This document shows, piece by piece, positions 8,397 to 14,576 of a stretch of 26,088 bases of DNA. A program made the translations under genes and the position numbers. A model generated the notes under the pieces. The model saw only the letters and a program-made list of their open reading frames with translations. It was not told the origin of the DNA and ran no database searches. The stretch is from Pyrinomonadaceae bacterium. GTDB lineage: Bacteria; Acidobacteriota; Blastocatellia; Pyrinomonadales; Pyrinomonadaceae. The stretch covers positions 1 through 26,088 of the forward strand of contig DASVTU010000020.1 of the NCBI GenBank assembly GCA_036387415.1, in the 5' to 3' direction. The first letter of the stretch is position 1, and every line of letters starts with the position of its first letter.

Positions 8397-9028
8397 TACT
8401 GCACACTCCCAAGATAGGGGCCGATGCGTCGTCGCATCTCAGCCCGCGCACGGTGGAGGTCGGTCTTGAGTTTCCCGATGGAGAAACCCGTTATCTCCGC
8501 AATCTCTTCATAACTTCGCTGCTGAAAAATCTTGAGCGTAAAGACGAGCCGTTTATCCTCGTCGAGCGCGCCGAGCGCGCTCTGGATGACGCCGTTCAAC
8601 TCCTTGTCGAGAAGTTGGCTGGCGGGCGAGGGTGCGCGGTCGCAAACCTGCGCGGCGGGCGTCTCGTCGATGCCGACATGGCCTTCTTGGCGGAAGCGCG
8701 AGCGCAGCGATTCACGCGCGACGTTTTTGGCGATGCCAAAGAGCCATGTGGAAAGCCTCGCTTCGTCGCGGAGCGTCGAGAGGCTTTTGAAGGCGCGGAC
8801 GAAAGTCTCCTGCGTCAAATCTTCGGCGAGGGCGCGTTCGCCTACCATGTCGTAGATGAAGCTGATGATGGGGCGTGAATAGCGTTCAAATATCAGACGA
8901 AAGGCTTCGCCCTCGCCGCGACGGACACGCTCCACCAGTTCTTCAGGGCTGTTCATCAAAGCCCCAGTGTATGCGCCCGGACGCCCCGTTTCCAGTCCCA
9001 TCGCGTTGATTGCAAGCTGCTTCATCAT
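8396..9028 (-). CDS. ECF-type sigma-70 family sigma factor; the true start may be the internal Met at 8956 (MNSPEELVERV)
   Basis: Region 2 (LIFERYSRPIISFIYDMVGERALAEDLTQETFVRAFKSL) and region 4 (RSYEEIAEITGFSIGKLKTDLHRARAEMRRRI) are clearly recognisable. Confidence 0.9.
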   Translation of the reverse strand: MMKQLAINAMGLETGRPGAYTGALMNSPEELVERVRRGEGEAFRLIFERYSRPIISFIYDMVGERALAEDLTQETFVRAFKSLSTLRDEARLSTWLFGIAKNVARESLRSRFRQEGHVGIDETPAAQVCDRAPSPASQLLDKELNGVIQSALGALDEDKRLVFTLKIFQQRSYEEIAEITGFSIGKLKTDLHRARAEMRRRIGPYLGSVQ

Positions 9029-9080
9029 CGTACTCGCGGAGTAAGTGTCGCGGGCGGCGAAAAGGTTTCAGGAAATTTCG

Positions 9081-9175
9081 TCAATCGTAAATCGTGGAGG
9101 GTAAATCGTAAATGGTAAATCGTGAATGGAAAGAAGCGTTTTCTTTATCCATTCACGATTTGTGATTGACGATTA
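9081..9175 (-). promoter_or_regulatory. array of six AATCGT half-sites at heptamer-multiple spacing, including three tandem 14-bp repeats and a 14-bp palindrome, 53-150 bp upstream of the ECF sigma start
   Basis: Plus-strand AATCGT at 9083, 9090, 9104 and 9118, and inverted ACGATT at 9155 and 9169 (spacings 7, 14, 14, 37, 14). Tandem 14-mers gtaaatcgtggagg / gtaaatcgtaaatg / gtaaatcgtgaatg span 9087-9128. Palindrome aaatcgtgaatgga (9117-9130) ... tccattcacgattt (9148-9161). Confidence 0.4.
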
Positions 9176-9305
9176 ACGTGTCGTTTTAGAGGCTGCGACG
9201 GAAGCGGCAGGACATTTTGATGCAGCAGAGGTCTTTCGGATGGGGTCACGTTCGGCCACGAAACTCTGAGGAGCGACGGGTAGCTGAAGCGTTCGAGTTT
9301 GAAAA

Positions 9306-10154
9306 TCAGAATCCGGCGTGCACTTCCACAGGAGGAAGCGGCTGAGGCGCGGGCGGTTCCGGCGCGGGAGACGACGCACTGCCGGGCGCTTTCAGCGTGC
9401 GCCAGTTGCCTTGCTGGCGGACGTAGCCGCGATGTCCGGCGGGCGTTTTGCTCGACGATTCCAACATCATGAGCCGTACTTCGCGTTCGCGTTTGCGTTC
9501 CTCGGCACGCGCTTCTCGTCCCGCCTCGCGCGCCATTCTCATCAACGCGTCCTGCTCGATATGCGTCAGTTCGGGCGCGGGCGCGGCGGCGCGTTGCTTC
9601 TCAAACATCTGAAACACATGGATGAAATCTTCGCTCTTGAAATCCTTGCCGACGGCGGCAAGCTGCGGCAATGCCTGCGTGGCGACGCTGACTTTGGTCG
9701 AAACTCTCGGCAGCGATTTCGCATCGTGATGCGATTCGAGAGGCACGTCAAACTGCTGCACGTCGAACGGTTGCGCACGGTTGGCCGCCAACAAAACATC
9801 CGTCTCGTCGGTCGCAGTAAGCGAACGACGTTGATGCATATTCTCATCCACGTTCGCGTCCTTTTCACGCGAGGTAGACGCGGCGCGTGCGACGACGGTT
9901 CGCGACTCGTCGGCGTTGGTGTGGCTGCAAACCTCCGTGCGCGTCTCGCCTGAGACGGGCGACGGCAACGTCGCGGCGGGTGTTTCTCCGCTACGCAAGT
10001 TCTGCGCGTAGAGATTCAGAAAAGCGTTCGAGACGCCCCTCAGAGCACGCTCCGTCGTCGTTCTTCTGAACTCGACAAACTGCTCGGCGGCTTGCGGCAC
10101 AAACGCCAGCACCGCCACGACGATGATGAATATGATTAACGACCTGTGCTTCAT
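9306..10154 (-). CDS. hypothetical signal-anchored protein (282 aa) with a charged coiled-coil-like middle and a Pro-rich C-terminus
   Basis: N-terminal hydrophobic segment LIIFIIVVAVLAFVPQAA and no recognisable domain. The competing plus-strand ORF is Arg-rich antisense noise. Confidence 0.45.
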   Translation of the reverse strand: MKHRSLIIFIIVVAVLAFVPQAAEQFVEFRRTTTERALRGVSNAFLNLYAQNLRSGETPAATLPSPVSGETRTEVCSHTNADESRTVVARAASTSREKDANVDENMHQRRSLTATDETDVLLAANRAQPFDVQQFDVPLESHHDAKSLPRVSTKVSVATQALPQLAAVGKDFKSEDFIHVFQMFEKQRAAAPAPELTHIEQDALMRMAREAGREARAEERKREREVRLMMLESSSKTPAGHRGYVRQQGNWRTLKAPGSASSPAPEPPAPQPLPPVEVHAGF

Positions 10155-10595
10155 CGCTCTTTACCTAACGTCCTTCTCACACCCGATGCGGCCACGAGTT
10201 CAACCTCGTCCAGTGTGTCTTCAGTCGAAACCCGCGCTCGACTTGACCCCGACAAATTTTTCGCAAAACGTCGTGCGAAACTTCGGAAATCGCCTGCTGC
10301 GACTCGCATCGCACGCCCGTTTTCGTTGAGGCGTCCGACCGATTTTCAATCAAAACCGCCTATCTATTGAGGAAAACACCGCCTCCGGCGCTTTTGTGGC
10401 ACTTTTTTTCGTCGTCTTCGAGCGCCTCTTTTGCTGTCAGTCTTTTTTGGAATACGCCGCGCGTCCGCGAAGGGTTCGTGTTTTGTCGTCGCAGAGACTT
10501 GCGCGCAAAAGAGTTTCAATTGATATTCAACGTCGGGCATGAGTTCGGTTCCAATTTTTTCAAGTTTCGACCAACAAGCGACGGAGGGCACGGCG

Positions 10596-11567
10596 ATGAG
10601 ATACAGGCGATTCGGGCGGACGGGTTGGCATGTGAGCGAAATCGGCTACGGCATGTGGGGCATGGGCGGTTGGAGTGGTTCGGACGACCGCGAATCGCTC
10701 GCGGCGTTGCAACGCGCCGTCGAACTCGGCTGCAACTTTTTCGATACCGCTTGGGGCTACGGCGAAGGCCACAGCGAACATCTACTCGGCGAACTTGTGC
10801 GCGCCAACCCCGAACGACGACTCTATACGGCGACCAAAATTCCTCCCAAAAATTTCCAGTGGCCGAGCCGCCGCGAGTTCACACTCGAAGATTGTTTCCC
10901 TCCCACACACATCGAAGAGTATGTCCAACGCAGTTTGAAAAATTCGGGTCTCGACAGTTTCGACCTCATGCAGTTTCACACTTGGGAAGACAGTTGGCTC
11001 GAAGACGACCGTTGGACGAAGAAGATGGATGAACTCCGCAAGCAGGGTTTGTTTCACGCCGTCGGCATCAGCATCAATCGTTGGGAACCGTGGAACGGCG
11101 TGCGCGCCGTGCGGAGCGGCCTCGTCGATGCCGTGCAGGTCATCTACAACATCTTCGACCAGAACCCGGAAGACGAACTCTTCCCCGCCTGCATGGAAAT
11201 GGATGTCGCCGTCATCGCGCGCGTCCCGTTTGACGAAGGCACACTGACGGGCACGCTCACCAGAGAGAGCACGTGGCCGGAGGGCGACTGGCGCAATACT
11301 TACTTCGTGCCGGAGAATTTGATACCGAGCGTCGAACGCGCCGACGCGCTCAAGCCGCTCGTCCCCGCAGGCAGGACAATGCCGGAGATGGCGCTTCGCT
11401 TCATCCTCGGCCACGAAGCCGTCAGCACCATCATCCCCGGCATGCGCCGCGTCTCCCACGTAGAATCCAACATCAGCGCGAGCGACGATGGCGCTCTACC
11501 CATAGAACTACACAAACAATTGCGCGCACACCGTTGGGACAGGCAACCGACGCCGTGGTCGCAGTAA
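10596..11567 (+). CDS. aldo/keto reductase family oxidoreductase; start ATG 10596 (MRYRRFGRTGWHVSEIGYGMW)
   Basis: Canonical AKR N-terminus and conserved blocks (GCNFFDTAWGYGEGHSEHLLGE; LYTATKIPP). The track start at 10539 adds 19 non-conserved residues. Confidence 0.9.
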   Translation: MRYRRFGRTGWHVSEIGYGMWGMGGWSGSDDRESLAALQRAVELGCNFFDTAWGYGEGHSEHLLGELVRANPERRLYTATKIPPKNFQWPSRREFTLEDCFPPTHIEEYVQRSLKNSGLDSFDLMQFHTWEDSWLEDDRWTKKMDELRKQGLFHAVGISINRWEPWNGVRAVRSGLVDAVQVIYNIFDQNPEDELFPACMEMDVAVIARVPFDEGTLTGTLTRESTWPEGDWRNTYFVPENLIPSVERADALKPLVPAGRTMPEMALRFILGHEAVSTIIPGMRRVSHVESNISASDDGALPIELHKQLRAHRWDRQPTPWSQ

Positions 11568-12076
11568 TTTCTTGTTGGGGTCAAAAGTATTTTTGTCGCC
11601 CGCTCAAGTAATTTCTACATGCGGCGGAAGTTGGCGCGGAGAGAGCGATTGCGCCTGCGCGAGATGCGCGCGTGTTAGTTGAGAGTCGCGTTTAGGGCGA
11701 CACTTTCCAACCTTGTCCCAGGTGGCATGTCCTCCTTGCATCAGGAACGACCGCCCTCGCAACGTCTTTCCGTCGAGGGAGTGTAACGCGCGCGCCCTCA
11801 TCCCTTCCTCATCCTTTCCCGCATCCCATTTAGTGCTGCGTCTGCACCATCTCGCATAGTCGCCGCAACCGTCATCACGGTTTTATAAGGAAAATGCAAC
11901 AAAGAACGGCGCGCTTGCGCCCGGACGGCTAGACAGGCACATGCTTTGCTCTCACACTCGTCACCGGATGGAACCCTCGCAGGTGCTTTCTCTCCGAGCA
12001 CACGGCCTCCCGGCGTGCGTCTCTCGGCGAGCCATAATTCTTCCTGTTCGATTCACAACTCTAAGGAGTCCGCCCC

Positions 12077-14389
12077 ATGCGTGCACAAAAGCTTCTGCGT
12101 CTCACGTCTCTCTTGCTTCTCTTAGTCACTCTAACGCTCCACACCGTCCCGACATACGCCGTCGCCGACGACGAAGACGACTACGGCGATGAATATGAAG
12201 AGACTGCGCGCGTCGTGCGCGTCAGTTTGTTGCGCGGCGAGGTCAGTCTGCGACGCGCAGGCGACAGCAACTGGGAACGCGCCACACTCAACTTGCCGCT
12301 CGTCGAAGGCGACACCCTCTCGACGGGACGCGACGCGCATCTCGAACTTCAAATCGACGCACGCAACTTCGTCCGCATCAACGCCGATTCCGTGCTTCAC
12401 ATCGTGACGCTACGCGACGAAGGCATCGCTTTAAGTTTGAGCGAAGGCACGGCGACCCTGAGGCTCGCGCGCTTCGACCGTGACAAAGAATATTTTGAAA
12501 TCGACGCCCCGAAGACCACCGTGGCTGCCGAGCAACACGGCATCTATCGTCTCGACGTATCGCGCGAGGGACGCGTGCGCGTCACCGTGCGCGACGATGG
12601 GCACGCGCGCATTTATTCCGAGAATTCCGGTTTCACCTTGCGCGAAAACAGAACCGCCGAGTTTGTCCCTGCTAATGATGAAGCGGGTGGTGATTGGGAG
12701 TTGTCTGCGGCGGCGTCGTTTGACGATTGGGACAAGTGGACGGATGAACGAGAGCGTTATCTAGCATCGCGCCTGCGTTACGAAGACCGCGAACGTTACT
12801 ACGACCGCGATGTGTGGGGCGCAGAAGAACTCGACGCCTACGGCGATTGGTCTTACGTCGAAACGTATGGATGGATTTGGCGTCCGCACGTCACGGTCAT
12901 CAACCATTACAACGACTGGGCGCCTTATCGCTACGGCAGTTGGCGTTGGTGTCCGCCGTATGGTTGGACGTGGGTGGGCGACGAGCCGTGGGGTTGGGCA
13001 CCGTATCACTACGGTCGTTGGGTTTATCACAACAACAATTGGTGCTGGGCACCGCGCGGCTACGGCTACAAGTACAAGCGGGCGTGGTGGCGTCCGGCGC
13101 TCGTCGCTTTCGTCTACCTCGCCAGCTCATACGGCGAGCACGTCGCATGGTATCCGCTCGGTCACAGACAACGCGACCCGCATTCGCGCCACTGGCAACG
13201 CCGCGAACGCCTCTCGCCGCTTCGTGCGCGCGAAGCCTTCAACCTGCGACGCGCGAATCCGGCCTACCTGCGCGCCGTGACCACGCTTCCGGCGCGCGAA
13301 TTCGGCAGGGCTACGACGCGCGCCCGACCCGCGACGTCGGAACTGGCGCGGCGTGCCGTCGAAGGCGAGCCTGTGAGCGGTCGTCTGCCGATAACGCCCG
13401 TCGATGCGAGTCGCCGCGTCGAAACGACGAGGGAAGGACGCACGCGTCTCAACATCGCGCGTCCCACGCCCGTCGGCCCCGCCGCACGCGCTATGTCCGA
13501 ACGACGCACGGGCGCCGCCGCGCGCACGCCCGGCGTCGCGCTCGACAACGAACTGCGCCGCACGCGTATTTACAACAATCGTGAACCGCGCGTCGCTTCG
13601 CCCGAACTGAACACCGGACGCGGCAGTGCCAACGACCGCGAAATTTCTGACCCGCGCACGACGGGAGCCGTCGAGCGTCCCGCACGCCGAACGTCGCGCC
13701 CGTCCGTCGATGGTCGCATCGACAACAACGACGGCACACTGAACACCGCGCGTCCCACGCGCCCCGTCCGTCCCTCCATCCGCGACGAACGCAACCCAAT
13801 CGACGACAACGACAACACGATGAGGACGCGCGAACCCTCCGAGCGTCCGGCGGTCGAACGTCCGCGACCCATCCGCGAAAGACCCGACCTCCGAAGCAGA
13901 CCCGACGAGCGCGACGTGGATGAGAATCGCACCGAACCAGAAACGCGCCGCGAACGTCCCACACGTCCGACGGAAGAACGCGCACCCGTCGCTGCGCCAC
14001 GCCACACCGAACGACCCGACGTGAGAGAACGCAAGAGCGCGCCCGACGACGAACCCGATTCGTCGCCGCAGCCACGCCGCGAGTCGCCCGCGCGGATGCC
14101 GGAACGTTCGCCCGCGCCGCGTGAAGAACGCCGCGAAAGTCCTCCGCCGAGAGAGGAGCGGCAAGAGCGACCCGCGCCGAGAGAAGAACGTCACGAATCG
14201 AGGGAGGAGCGACCCGCGCCGCGTCAGGATTCGTCACCGCCGCCGAAGTCCGACCCGCCGAAGTCTAACGATGCACCGCCACCGCCGTCGCGCGACCGTC
14301 CATCGTCGCCGTCGCCGCGCGAGCGTCCCCGTTCCGAACGATTTGAACGTTATAAAAGAAATGGTCTGCCGTCGGCTTCGGCTCGATAA
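12077..14389 (+). CDS. secreted multi-part protein: signal peptide, FecR-like beta domain, Trp/Tyr/Gly-rich segment, and a ~370-aa Arg/Glu/Pro/Asp-rich low-complexity tail
   Basis: An aaggag RBS lies 8 nt before ATG 12077. Signal peptide LLRLTSLLLLLVTLTLHTVPTYAVA. FecR-like stretch GEVSLRRAGDSNWERATLNLPLVEGDTLSTGRDAHLELQIDARNFVRINADSVLHIV. The tail is built of ERP/REER-type repeats. Confidence 0.8.
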   Translation: MRAQKLLRLTSLLLLLVTLTLHTVPTYAVADDEDDYGDEYEETARVVRVSLLRGEVSLRRAGDSNWERATLNLPLVEGDTLSTGRDAHLELQIDARNFVRINADSVLHIVTLRDEGIALSLSEGTATLRLARFDRDKEYFEIDAPKTTVAAEQHGIYRLDVSREGRVRVTVRDDGHARIYSENSGFTLRENRTAEFVPANDEAGGDWELSAAASFDDWDKWTDERERYLASRLRYEDRERYYDRDVWGAEELDAYGDWSYVETYGWIWRPHVTVINHYNDWAPYRYGSWRWCPPYGWTWVGDEPWGWAPYHYGRWVYHNNNWCWAPRGYGYKYKRAWWRPALVAFVYLASSYGEHVAWYPLGHRQRDPHSRHWQRRERLSPLRAREAFNLRRANPAYLRAVTTLPAREFGRATTRARPATSELARRAVEGEPVSGRLPITPVDASRRVETTREGRTRLNIARPTPVGPAARAMSERRTGAAARTPGVALDNELRRTRIYNNREPRVASPELNTGRGSANDREISDPRTTGAVERPARRTSRPSVDGRIDNNDGTLNTARPTRPVRPSIRDERNPIDDNDNTMRTREPSERPAVERPRPIRERPDLRSRPDERDVDENRTEPETRRERPTRPTEERAPVAAPRHTERPDVRERKSAPDDEPDSSPQPRRESPARMPERSPAPREERRESPPPREERQERPAPREERHESREERPAPRQDSSPPPKSDPPKSNDAPPPPSRDRPSSPSPRERPRSERFERYKRNGLPSASAR

Positions 14390-14576
14390 CGTGCGACTAA
14401 AGACGGCGAACTGCAACTTCTCCTTAGCTAAAGTTTGCTGCGACAATTAAAGTTTAAGGACAGAATAAGGGGCACTGTCCTTATCACCGGAGAGCGAAAT
14501 AGCGGCCACTCGTACTGCACTCTGACAACAAGGGACGCCGCTATTTCGCCTCGACGGTTCGAGAAATTTTGAAAGG

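Noticed and set aside
10782-11459. 225-aa minus-strand ORF
   Set aside because: Antisense shadow of the aldo-keto reductase gene, which has clear family motifs.
11744-11766. GGAAC-N14-CGTC ECF-promoter-like element
   Set aside because: The spacer is 2-3 nt shorter than the ECF -35/-10 spacing I know (16-17), and it lies 310 nt from the nearest start codon. I did not call it a promoter.
12814-14237. Multiple long ORFs on both strands (256 aa plus; 355, 248 and 154 aa minus) inside the low-complexity tail region
   Set aside because: They are generated by the GC-rich repetitive codons (cgc/gaa/ccg) of the ERP-repeat tail of 12077..14389. All are extremely Arg-rich and lack starts with an RBS.
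14551-14564. ggttcgag T-loop-like motif, the only tRNA-like hit in intergenic DNA
   Set aside because: It is part of a small local hairpin. No acceptor or anticodon arms can be built around it, so there is no tRNA.
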